Below are positions 39,822 to 51,943 of a stretch of DNA of 64,000 nt, piece after piece; position 1 is the first letter of the stretch; the number at the start of each line of letters is the position of its first letter. The position numbers were made by a program, and so were the translations under genes. The DNA comes from Lama guanicoe. Its lineage: Eukaryota. The DNA lies in NCBI GenBank assembly GCA_013239625.1, contig MU056000.1, forward strand, positions 14,161,787 to 14,225,786, read 5' to 3'. The notes below the pieces were generated by a model. The model had not been told where the DNA came from. It did no database searches and saw only the letters and a program-made list of their open reading frames with translations.

Positions 39822-40060
39822 TGATAATAATAATACAGTAATTCACACAGTGTCTTTACATCATCTCAGCTCATCCTGATCCTCAAAACAAGTCCATGAG
39901 GTACACAGGGCAGAAATGATGGCAGCCCTCATTTTTCAGTTAAGAAATGTAAGAATCAGAGAGGTTAAAAGCTTTGACGTACATATTCAGTTGCTAAATG
40001 GTGAAGTTCAAATTCAGAATGTGGTCTCTTGAATCCAAATGACATTTTCATTCCCCTATA
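39822..40060 (-). mobile_element. Antisense MIR
   Basis: cctcaaaacaagtccatgaggta...ctcatttttcagttaagaaatgtaagaatcagagaggttaa. Confidence 0.75.
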
Positions 40061-40968
40061 CTGTATCAATCTAAGTAATTCAGTTTTCAAAGTGAATTGA
40101 AAGGAAACATGAAGCTAAACGTAATATTTCAAGGAGATACAGAACGAACCCAAACATATGAATACAGAGATAGAGCTCAGATTGTAAATAACCAGTCTTG
40201 TCAAGATATGAAAGCTATTCCAAGCTCAACACTGAGATGTGATTTAAATGTCATATTTGAATAACAGTCCTGTGATCCATCATCTGTCATAAATTTTAAG
40301 ATCCAATTTTTGAGAAAATGAAAACAAACAAGTTAACTCTTTTTTTCATGTCAGTCTATAAAAATTGCATAATGTTCTATGAATCTGTGAGAATCAGTTC
40401 TTAAAGTTTCCAGTGAATACTTTTAAAAACATTTTCATTTCCTGATGCCTGACATTTTAGAGCATTACAAACTTATATTTGTAATTAAATAGTAACATGA
40501 AAAACTAGCAAAGCAAGTATTTAAACTTTTCCCTTAAAAAAAAAGTTCAGTGCTAGACTCTTTGTAGAAATCTTATTACTTATTAATTTACAGACAGATT
40601 CTTTAAGAAGTGAAATATAGGCAGCGTTTTTAACTAGTTATTTTGTATTACTGAGAAGGAGTAGTTACATGTCTTTATTCTGACTTCAAGCATTCTAACT
40701 ATTGTAAAAACTAGGTTAACTAAATCAGCCAATAAAATAAAACAAAATAATATTCTCTTATAACTTAAAGGCCTAAGTGAGTTGAAGAAGTGGAAATGAA
40801 AACACCTCTTGACATCTTTCCCTTTTTCCTTTTCTACCTTAACGTATTTCTTATAAATCGCCAGATGATTGTTTTGGTCTCATACTAAACCTCCTAATAA
40901 GTAATGGAAGTTCAATAACACACTTGTTACCAAGCTTTTGTTTTTACCTAAAAGTCTAACTAACTTAC

Positions 40969-40992
40969 CTTGCTTAATATAATGATATTTGA
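40969..40992 (-). CDS. Candidate 24-nt microexon, copy 1
   Basis: - strand ttttcgatttctag|TCAAATATCATTATATTAAGCAAG|gtaagt. Confidence 0.3.
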
Positions 40993-41665
40993 CTAGAAAT
41001 CGAAAATTCCAAAGTCTACCTATTCAACCTTAATTTGGAACTGGGGAATAATAACAAAACTCTAGACTTAATAAAATATAAAACTCAGAAGAACCTGAGT
41101 CCCTAAAAATCCATATAATTTAATAATGACACTAGATTCATCATTTCTAATACAAAGATTCTGCTTTTAGTGGTGACTGCTTAGTATGACTGAGAAGCAG
41201 AAATACACGAATCCCAACCCTTTTCAATACTATGCAGACCTGGAACATGCATTGCACTTTCTAATGGTAGTTTCTGTTTGTATAGGTCATCTTTCTGTCC
41301 TCTGTCCATTTCACTAAATATATTTGTTGAAAATGAACTCTAATTAATAGCTGTATATTAAGCAGGTATGTTAACTAATCTGGATACACACACGGTATAT
41401 TCACTTCCTCAACATGTATGACACATGCCCAGATGAGATGACACAGATTCACTTTTCCCAAGTCTTCCCTTCTAAATGCAACTAAATATTCTGGAAATAA
41501 TCCAAAAGATAACAACGAAAGGGCTCTGAAAGCTAGAAAGAAAAAGGTGCCTGGTCAGGGACTTCAGGATTTGAGAAATGGCATCATAGTGAATTGCCTG
41601 GATTTTCTTTTTATTTACCATTTATCCAAGCTTGGGCACCAGAGAGGTCTACAACTCGGAACCAT

Positions 41666-41830
41666 NNNNNNNNNNNNNNNNNNNNNNNNNNNNNNNNNNN
41701 NNNNNNNNNNNNNNNNNNNNNNNNNNNNNNNNNNNNNNNNNNNNNNNNNNNNNNNNNNNNNNNNNNNNNNNNNNNNNNNNNNNNNNNNNNNNNNNNNNNN
41801 NNNNNNNNNNNNNNNNNNNNNNNNNNNNNN
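41666..41830. other. Assembly gap (165 N)
   Basis: Run of N. The homologous interval in copy 2 is 98 bp (43798-43895). Confidence 1.
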
Positions 41831-43100
41831 TACAGGGCAGGGAGCTGATCCTTTGTGGCGGCAGAGCCTGGTGTCTCTGGGGCTCCACCTAGAGGTGACC
41901 CAGGCCCAGCACCTGCCAGCCCTCTGTCAATGAAAGAGAGTTAACCACACCTGGTGGCTTCTCACATGCTCTCCCCAGCCAATGGCAGGTGGAATAGGAA
42001 AACACCATGTGATCTTTCAGGCAGGACCATCAGCCGTCAATCCAAAGCCCCAGCAGTGCCAGATAAATAAAGCAGATAAGAGAATATTATTCCAATTAAG
42101 TTGGAACCATTCCTCTGGCCACAAAGAATGCCGGAATATACACATTAATCCTAAAAGGGCAACTGCTTAAAAAATAAGTAGATTTAAATAGACTGTCTCC
42201 TAACATCATATCCAAAATATATTGACATCCCAAAAGAAAATTCATGATTTGATGAGAAAAGACAATCCACTAATACCAGTATTGAGATGACTCTGATCTT
42301 AAAATTACTTGACAAGGATTTCAAAGCAGTCATCATAAACATGTCATGTACCAAGCTCGACACTGAGATGTGATTTAAATGTCATATTTGAATAACAGTC
42401 CTGTGATCCATCATCTGTCATAAATTTTAAGATCCAATTTTTAAGAAAATGAAAACAAACAAGTTAACCCTTTTTTTCATGTCAGTCTATAAAAATTGCA
42501 TAATATTCTATGAATCTGTGAGAATCAGTTCTTAAAGTTTCCAGTGAACACTTTTAAAAACATTTTCATTTCCTGATGCCTGACATTTTAGAGCATTACA
42601 AACTTATATTTGTAATTAAATAGTAACATGAAAAACTAGCAAAGCAAGTATTTAAACTTTTCCCTTAAAAAAAAATGTTCAGTGCTAGACTCTTTGTAGA
42701 AATCTTATTACTTGTTAATTTACAGACAAATTCTTTAAGAAGTGAAATATAGGCAGCGTTTTTAACTAGTTATTTTGTATTACTGAGAAGGAGTAGTTAC
42801 ATGTCTTTATTCTGACTTCAAGCATTCTAACTATTGTAAAAACTAGGTTAACTAAATCAGCCAATAAAATAAAACAAAATAATATTCTCTTATAACTTAA
42901 AGGTCTAAGTGAGTTGAAGAAGTGGAAATGAAAACACCTCTTGACATCTTTCCCTTTTTCCTTTTCTACCTTAACGTATTTCTTATAAATCGCCAGATGA
43001 TTGTTTTGGTCTCATACTAAACCTCCTAATAAGTAATGGAAGTTCAATAACACACTTGTTACCAAGCTTTTGTTTTTACCTAAAAGTCTAACTAACTTAC

Positions 43101-43124
43101 CTTGCTTAATATAATGATATTTGA
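43101..43124 (-). CDS. Candidate 24-nt microexon, copy 2
   Basis: Identical to 40969-40992, including the splice sites. Confidence 0.3.
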
Positions 43125-43579
43125 CTAGAAATCGAAAATTCCAAAGTCTACCTATTCAACCTTAATTTGGAACTGGGGAATAATAACAAAACTCTAGACT
43201 TAATAAAATATAAAACTCAGAAGAACCTGAGTCCCTAAAAATCCATATAATTTAATAATGACACTAGATTCATCATTTCTAATACAAAGATTCTGCTTTT
43301 AGTGGTGACTGCTTAGTATGACTGAGAAGCAGAAATACACGAATCCCAACCCTTTTCAATACTATGCAGATCTGGAACATGCATTGCACTTTCTAATGGT
43401 AGTTTCTGTTTGTATAGGTCATCTTTCTGTCCTCTGTCCATTTCACTAAATATATTTGTTGAAAATGAACTCTAATTAATAGCTGTATATTAAGCAGGTA
43501 TGTTAACTAATCTGGATACACACACGGTATATTCACTTCCTCAACATGTATGACACATGCCCAGATGAGATGACACAGA

Positions 43580-46500
43580 TTCACTTTTCCCAAGTCTTCC
43601 CTTCTAAATGCAACTAAATATTCTGGAAATAATCCAAAAGATAACAACGAAAGGGCTCTGAAAGCTAGAAAGAAAAAGGTGCCTGGTCAGGGACTTCAGG
43701 ATTTGAGAAATGGCATCATAGTGAATTGCCTGGATTTTCTTTTTATTTACCATTTATCCAAGCTTGGGCACCAGAGAGGTCTACAACTCGGAACCATGAA
43801 CAACAAAACAAGAGGAGCCTGCCTCTCTGGCCAAATGACCGGGAAAGGAGAAGCCCAGCAGATGTCCAGTAGGGAGGTCTCACCCCAGTTCCACATACAG
43901 GGCAGTGGAGCTGATCCTTTGTGGCGGCAGAGCCTGGTGTCTCTGGGGCTCCACCTAGAGGTGACCCAGGCCCAGCACCTGCCAGCCCTCTGCCAATGAA
44001 AGAGAGTTAACCACACCTAGTGACTTCTCACATGCTCTCCCCAGCCAATGGCAGGTGGAATAGGAAAACACCATGTGATCCTTCAGGCAGGACCATCAGC
44101 CATCAATCCAAAGACCCAGCAGTGCCAGATAAATAAAGCAGATATGAGAATATTATTCCAATTAAGTTGGAACCATTCCTCTGGCCACAAAGAATGCCAG
44201 AATATACACATTAATCCTAAAAGGGCAACTGCTTAAAAAATAAGTAGATTTAAATAGACTGTTTCCTAACATCATATCCAAAATATCCAGAACAAAATGC
44301 AAATTTTCTTGACATCCCAAAGGAAAAGAAAATTCATGATTTGATGAGAAAAGACAATCCACTAATACCAGTATTGAGATGACTCTGATCTTAAAATTAC
44401 TTGACAAGGATTTCAAAGCAGTCATCATAAACATGTTTCAACAATCATTTATAAATTATCTTGAAACAACTGAAAAGATAGAAAATCTCGGCAAATAAAG
44501 AACAGTTATATAAAGCACCAAGTGAATTTATGGAACTGAAAAACATAATAAGGACAACAAAAACACACTGGATATCCTTGAGAGTAGAGTGGAAATGACA
44601 GATGACAGAATCAGTGCATTTCAGGACAGGTCAAAAGAATTTATTCTAATCAACACAGAGCCAATAGCCTAAAAAAAGTTAACAGAGCCCCAGGGGTCTA
44701 GGGATCTGGGGGACAACATGAAAAGATCTAATACTGATGTTATTGCAGTGGCAAAAAAAAGGATGAAGAGTGTAGAACTGAAAAAATTAGTTGAATAAAT
44801 AGTGCTGAAATCTCTCCAGATAAATAATATATAAACTTACAGATTCAAGAACCTTATTAAATCCCATATAGGATAAACCCAAAGAAGTCTACACAAAGAC
44901 ATCAGAATTAAAGAACTGAAAAGTAAGAGCAAAAAAGATAAGTCTTAAAAGCAACCAGAGAAAAATAATCTTTACCTACAGAGAATACTAATTTGAATGA
45001 CAACAGACAACTCACCTGAAACTATAGAGGTCTGAAGAAAGCAGCACAACACATTTCAAGTGCAAAAATGAAAAAAAAAGTCAATTGTGAATTCAATATT
45101 CAGTAAAACCATCTTTCCAGAAATAAGGGAGAAATAAACACATTTGCAGAGAAGTAAACTAAGAATTTGTTGTCAGTGGAACACCCCTTAAATCATGGTT
45201 AAAAGGAACTCTAAACAAAAACAAAATTTAACGGAAGAAAGGAAAGTGAGACAATGGAATGGGTAAACTTTGAGCTATATGTGCAGTAGGCTACCCTTCT
45301 CTTCATACGTTTTTGCATATTTATTTGCTGAATCAAAATAATAAGAACACTTGATACAGTGCTAATTATATGTAAAGAAAATACTTAAGATAATTATATT
45401 TTTAAAACAGGGATAATAAAGAACTAAATTGAACCAGTATGAAATAAAGAAACTGAGAAGCCCTATATTCAGTAAAGAAATTGAATTAGTAACTAAGGAC
45501 ACCGAAAAAGAAATTTTCAAGCCAAGACGACCTTACTAGGGAACTTACCAAACATTTAAAGAAGAATTAACACCGACTTTACACAATCTCTTCCAGAAAA
45601 TAGAAGGGGAGGTAACACTTTCAAACATATTTCATAAAACCAGTATTGTCCTGATAGCAAAACCAGACAAAGACAGTACAAAGGAAAACTGCAGACCAAT
45701 ATCTCTCATGAATTTAGATGTAAAAATCTTCAACAAAATAGAACAAACTTGAGCCCAGCAATCTATAAAACAAATTGTATATAATAATCAATTGGGGCTC
45801 ATTCAAGATATGTAAGGTTGATTAAATATTCAAAAATCAGTATAACCAAAATACTAACAGGATATAGAAAAAAGTCATCATGACCATATCCATTGATGCA
45901 GAAAACATATTCAAGCAACTCTTAATCCATTCATTATAAAACCGTTAGGAATCCAGGATTAGAAGATACTTTCTCTGCTAGATAAAGCATGTCTACAAAC
46001 AAACAAACAAACAAAACCTACAGCTCCCATTATATTTATGGTGTAAGACTGAATACTTTCACCCTAATATCAGGAACAGGGCAAGGATATTTGCTCTTAC
46101 CACTCTGATTCAATGTAATGCTGGCTGTTCTAGCTAGGATAATAAAGCCAGAAAATACACTGAAGGCATATATACTGGAAATGACCTAAGCTTTGTAACT
46201 ACACTTATAGAAGAAAAAAAATACATTGGAAAAAAATCTCCAGATTTATGTACGCATGTATGTATGTATATATTTAGTTAGTTATTTAGTTGGTTAGACT
46301 TAAGCACAAAAGCATAATGGGAAAAGTCGACAAATTTGACCTCATTGAAATTAAAAACTATTGTTCTTCAATAGCCCCTGTTATCAAACTAAAAAGACAA
46401 ATTACAGACCAGTAGAAAATATTTTCAAATCACACATCTCACAAAGGGTTTGTGTCTAAACTATTTAAAGAACTCTCAAGTCTCAAGAGTGAACAAACAA

Positions 46501-47404
46501 AAAAACAATCCAATTAGAAAATGAGCAAAAGAAATGAACAAACATCTCACTGAAGAAGATATGCACGTAGCCCATAATCACTTGAAATGATGTCCAGTAC
46601 CATTAGCCATCAAGGAAACGTAAATTAAAGCCACAGTGCAGTATCACTAAACACCTGTTAGAATGGATGAAAAAAATATGCTTGCAAGGATGTGGAGAAG
46701 CTTGATCACTCATGAGAATAGACTAGGGGTTTCTTTTAAATTGTAAATATCGTTATCCTATAAAAGCAGCAATTTCACTCATGAACATTTATTCCTGAGT
46801 AATAACAACTTCTGTTTACACAAAAATCTATACCCAAATATTCATAGCAACTTGATTCATAATAATCAAAAGGTGAAAACCACCCGAATGTCCTTTGATG
46901 GGTGAATGGCTAAACAAACTGAGTTACCCATACCATAGGCTACTATTCAGCAATAAAGTGGAATGAAATATTGACAAATGCAACAGCTTGGAAAGATCTA
47001 AAGGAAATTATATAATATCCTTGGGGAAAAAAGTAATTACAGAGATAGAAAACGTATAGGGGTTGTCATATATATACATCTGTATTTGGAAGAGCTTTAA
47101 AGTTGTAGCACTAGGCAGCCTGGATAACAGAACAATTTTGATTCTGCATCTTGATTGCTGTTATAGTTTCATAGAGCTACACATGTGATAAAATTGCACA
47201 GAACTATCCATACACACATATGCAAATGAATGCATAGATCGCTGTTGACATCTGAATATACTTTGTGGATTGTACAAATGTGAATTTCACAATGTACTAT
47301 ATTTATGCAAGCTATTAAATTTGGAGAAGTGTGAAGAATGTATGGGACCTCCCTGTATTTTTTCAGCTTTCTGTAATTATTTCAAAATAAACGTGTAAAG
47401 AAAA
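43580..47404 (+). mobile_element. Old, internally deleted near-full-length LINE-1 (L1MC/MD-like): 5' region, ORF1, ORF2 remnants, 3'UTR
   Basis: ORF1 remnant (acagattcaagaa...ggataaacccaaagaagtctacacaaagacatc), RT remnant (cagaccaatatctctcatgaa, cattgatgcagaaaa) and a 3'UTR ending ttatttcaaaataaa. The 5' part is also duplicated at about 41450-42344. Confidence 0.85.
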
Positions 47405-49228
47405 TGTATTCCATATGCCCAAAGTTTGCTCAAGAACTCAAGCAAGTCCAAGAAAGCTAGCCGACTATGGAAGGTTCAATCTGTATTAAAGTGGTCAAGA
47501 CTGCTCTCCTCCATAATACTAATTTCTAAGCAATGCATCAACTTAAGTTGTCCTTCTTCAGATGTGATTGAAGGGCTGACCTACCTGTAATCATAAGTAA
47601 GTTATGTTTAATGAACAAAAGTAAGCACAGCTACATATGTGGAATCAAAGATTACATTAGCCGTGATCATCATATGCTATTTTCTCAAGATGTTTCTTCC
47701 TTAGGCATAAAAGAACTAAGCCTGTTATTGATATCTCCCCCAAATCTCTGCCTCAGAATGAGTTTTCCTTAGTCTTGTACTTAGATCTGAGTCTTGTATT
47801 TAGAAAAAGAAATACAAGTTCTGAGGCATGTGCATTATTTTCCTTTTCAAGGCTCAACAACAGAAACCCATCTAAGTATTTGACAGATTAGAGTTTACAG
47901 CCACTTCCCTGCTTCCTGACATAATCTTTGACACAGAGGCCTATATGTGTGATATCTTACTCCTATTTTAAAGTGCTTAACAATATATAAGCTAGACCTG
48001 CACCCTCACAGCTCAGTCTTGTCCATTTGGAAATCATGTGTAGGTTTGGGAGTTAAATTCCCCTGAAATCCCATAAAAAATATAAGCAAGTCAAAGTATC
48101 TTTCTTTTTAGAATATAGATTGGAAAGAAAATCCTGAAAATAAGTACATAATTCATTTCTTTTTAAATTGAATTCCTTTGCTTTAATTTTGTCGGAAAAT
48201 AGGAAAAGATTATTACAATTTTTTATACAAACCAGAAAACATCAACTTTGCTTAATGGACAAAATACGGTTACAAATTAATCAATTTTGGTATCAAATTG
48301 CCCCCAGTTATAAAAGGGAAAAAAAGCCTGGATTTATATTTCTTTAAAGTAACTATCAAGATAATTCTGTCTCATGATATGTAATATATTAAATAAAATT
48401 GTGACCAAAAAATTCTCCTTATTAATTATATCTGTTAATTACTCTCTGGAATTTAAGCTATTAGATAAAACATACAAAGTTTATCAAGAAACAGTTCATT
48501 GCTTTTAATTATTAAAAAAGACCACAAATAGCTACTGAAAATAATAAATATTTGATACTTAATGTGCTATTTTACAGTGCATATAAATATTAATAAATAG
48601 AAGGTAAATATTACTTTTACTCTAAGGCTCAAAATATTTATCATAAGTTTTCCAGCCCACAAATAGTTTCAAACCAGCCCTTCTCTACTAAAGTCCTATC
48701 GCCATGCACTAAATAAAATGAGCAGGATACATTTCCCTCACTTGGATTAGGTTATTTATTGCTTTGGTTCAGTGACAGTGGTTGGCTGTTTTAAGAATGA
48801 ATCAGTTTAACTCATGCTCCTGTGCACCTGGCGTATTTGATTAGATCTGGGGTGGAAAGGTTTCAAAGTCAGTGTCTGCTGATTTCAATTGGCCGTAGCA
48901 TCCTTGAGTACAATTTTGAGAGGGAATCTGAGACTCAGTGGGCAAGATTCGACATGTCTTCCAAGTGCGCGAGGCCCAGCGTGTGCCAAGTGTTGTGGCA
49001 CATCAGTTAAGCATTTTTCTCTTTGGGTGAGACATGCAAATGCTATAAATATAAATGAGGATGAAAGCTTGTATATCTGTTGCACAGTAAACTTTATTCT
49101 ACTTAAAAATAGAAATTAGAAAACTGGAGCAAGTGCATCTTTTAAAGATTATTATTCCAGAAGGTTCAGTCTTTCAATGTTCTTTAGTATTTATTCATTT
49201 TTCTCTTTAAAAATATGTTAATAATTGA

Positions 49229-50164
49229 TATACAAAAATCAACTCAAAATGGATTAAAGACTTAAACATAAGACAAGATACAATAAACCTCCTAGAGGAA
49301 AACATAGGCAAAACATTATCTGACATACATTTCAAAAATTTTCTCCTAGAAGAAATAAAAGCAAGAATAAACAAATGGGACCTAATGAAACTTACAAGCT
49401 TCTGCAGAGCAAAGGAAACCAGAAATAAAACAAGAAGAAAACCTACGGAATGGGAGAAAATTTTTGCAAGTGAAACCGACAAAGGCTTGATCTCCAAAAT
49501 ATATAAGCAGCTCATACGACTCAATAAGAAAAAAATAAACAACCCAATCCAAAAATGGGCAGAAGACCTAAACAAGCAATTCTCCAAGGAAGACATACAA
49601 ATGATCAAAAAGCACATGAAAAAATGTTCAATATCACTAATTATCAGAGAAATGCAAATCAAAACTACAATGAGGTATCACCTCACACCAGTCAGAATGG
49701 CCGTCATTCAAAAATCCAAAAATGACAAATGCTGGAGAGGCTGTGGAGAAAGGGGAACCCTCCTACACTGCTGGTGGGAATGCAGTTTGGTGCAGCCACT
49801 ATGGAAAACAGTGTGGAGATTCCTCAAAAGACTAGGAATAGACTTACCATATGACCCAGGAATCCCACTCCTGGGCTTGTACCCAGAAGGAAATCTACTT
49901 CAGGATGACACCTGCACCCCAATGTTCATAGCAGCACTATTTACAATAGCCAAAACATGGAAACAACCTAAATGTCCATCAACAGGTGACTGGATAAAGA
50001 AGAGGTGGTATATTTATACAATGGAATACTACTCAGCCATAAAAACCGACAACATAATGCCATTTGCAGCAACATGGATGATCCTAGAGAATGTCATTCT
50101 AAGTGAAGTAAGCCAGAAAGAGAAAGAAAAATACCATATGAGATCGCTCATATGTGGAATCTAA
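49229..50164 (+). pseudogene. L1 ORF2p C-terminal fragment (311 open codons; no EN/RT domains)
   Basis: [13 protein letters not shown]...KWDLMKL...[18 protein letters not shown] (cysteine-rich CCHC motif)...[10 protein letters not shown]...SLICGI*. Confidence 0.95.
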
Positions 50165-50433
50165 AGACTCATGGACAGAGAATACAGACTTGTGGTTACC
50201 GGGGGGGTAGAGGGTGGGAAGGGATAGACTGGGATTTCAAAATTGTAGAATAGATAAACAAGATTACACTGTATAGCACAGGGAAATATACACAAAATGT
50301 TATGATAAATCACAGAGAAAAAAATGTGACAATGAGTGTGTATATGTCCATGAATGACTGAAAAATTGTGCTGAACACTGGAATTTGACACAACACTGTA
50401 AAATGATTATGAATCAATAAAAAATGTAAAAAA
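49229..50433 (+). mobile_element. Young 5'-truncated LINE-1 (subfamily A) with TSD
   Basis: Perfect 14-bp TSD atgttaataattga (49215-49228, 50434-50447), TT|AAAA endonuclease site at about 49208, intact ORF2 end and 3'UTR. Confidence 0.97.
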
Positions 50434-50572
50434 ATGTTAATAATTGACAATATTTATTTGAAGTGAGGTATTTTACTTTTAATATTATCCTCAGGAATTT
50501 GGAAAGTGTTCGGGAAATTGCCTCATTTGGAGATTGCTTTGTTGTGCCTGAGAAACAGTTGTACCCAAAATA

Positions 50573-50787
50573 CAGTTGACCCTTGAACAACATAGGTTTG
50601 AATTGTGCAGGTCCACTTATATGCATTTTTTTCAAGAGTAAATGCTATAGTACCACATGATCCACTGTTGGTTGAATCCACGGAAGCAGAACCGTGGTTA
50701 TGAAGGGCTTCCTATAAAGTCATACTTGAATTTTCCACTGCAAGGAGGTGGACACCTCCAATACCCACATTGCTCAAGTTTCATCTG
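50573..50787 (+). mobile_element. Tigger2-derived MITE (MER8-like)
   Basis: ta|cagttgacccttgaacaac...ttgctcaagtttcatctg|ta, with degenerate TIRs and TA TSDs. Confidence 0.88.
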
Positions 50788-50807
50788 TATATTTAAATAG
50801 GGATCTG

Positions 50808-51014
50808 TAGAATAGATAAACAAGATTATACTGTATAGCACAGGGAAATATATACAAGATCTTGTGGTAGCTCACAGCGAAAAAGAATGCAACAATGAAT
50901 ATATGCATGTTCATGTATAACTGAAAAATTGTGCTCTATCCTGGAAATTGACACAACATTGTAAACTGACTACAACTCAATAAAAAAAAAAAGTAAAAAA
51001 AAAAAAGAAAAAAG
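50808..51014 (+). mobile_element. Lineage-specific L1 3' end (subfamily B) with poly(A) and TSD
   Basis: Long A tail and 13-bp TSD aaat(a/g)gggatctg at 50795-50807 and 51015-51027. Confidence 0.92.
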
Positions 51015-51914
51015 AAATGGGGATCTGATATCATAAAACTGGATGTATCATCTTATTATATCTTATAGAGTATTGAACTCTGAGTTAATACATACATCTC
51101 CTCTAGCAGTGCTGAAATTACTGCACTGTAAGCACATTTTGACACTTTGAAGAAGAATATGCATTTGCACTTTAGGATCCTGACTGTTTTTCAATTATGC
51201 AGTGGGGGTGGGGCGGGTGGGAAGGAATGTTCCAGCTGTTTGTTATTTTTCTCCTTTGCTTTTGACTTCTCACCATTCAGAAGTATCCAGATGGTTATAA
51301 ATATTTAGGAATCTGAGGCATTTCAAAGTCATGAAATCTGTTACATTCTAAACACAAAAGCAACTCACTAATTCTCAACTCACTAATTTGAAAAATGAAG
51401 AACCATAGAGACAATATCTATATGTGTGTGTATATATATGAAAATATTTTGTTATTCTTCTGTATGATCATCTTGTCTATTTTAATTTCTAACCGCAGCA
51501 GAGGCTGAGCTCTAACCTAATAATCCTGCCTCCCAGATTAGCCTCCCAAGACTTCTCCTGGTCTGCGGATCCCTTTTTGGGTCTCCACTGCCCTGCTGAG
51601 GATCTGAAGACAAAATACATACAAGATGCATAAACACACACCACACCAATACATTACATGGCTCTCTCCGTAACACTCTTCATTCTTTACTAGCACATGT
51701 GATCCCTTTGGTTTATTTCATAGAAGAGGCAAATGTTAATATGCATATTTCAAAACAAGAAGTATTTTACTGAAGTAACTCGTGAAGCTGCATTCTACTG
51801 CTTGTAGGGCATTTCAGTTTTAAGCTGTTAGCACTTTTGCAGTACACAGAACTGGCCACTGCAAAGCAAAGGTAGCAATTCCATAGTGTATTCACTCCCC
51901 ATTAATACACTTAC

Positions 51915-51943
51915 CTCTATGAGAGGAATGTAGGGGGACAATT
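51915..51943 (-). CDS. Candidate 29-nt exon (LSPYIPLIE or IVPLHSSHR frame)
   Basis: - strand tcttcatttctttgtcag|...GAG|gtaagt; both splice sites are strong. Confidence 0.4.

Larger units (their letters stand above)
40220..44436. repeat. Tandem duplication of about 2.1 kb (copy 1 40220-42344, copy 2 42351-44436)
   Basis: Both copies begin ccaagctc(a/g)acactgagatg and end catcataaacatgt. About 18 substitutions and 6 indels counted by eye. Duplicated ORFs appear in the track (41547/43679, 41982/44048). Confidence 0.97.

Noticed and set aside
43679..44236. ORFs of 106 aa and 62 aa repeated at 41547 and 41982
   Set aside because: They lie in the 5' region of an old L1 and recur only because of the tandem duplication; the copy-1 ORFs at 41547-41933 span Ns.
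49207..49662. 151-aa - strand ORF
   Set aside because: Antisense shadow of L1 ORF2, a common spurious ORF.
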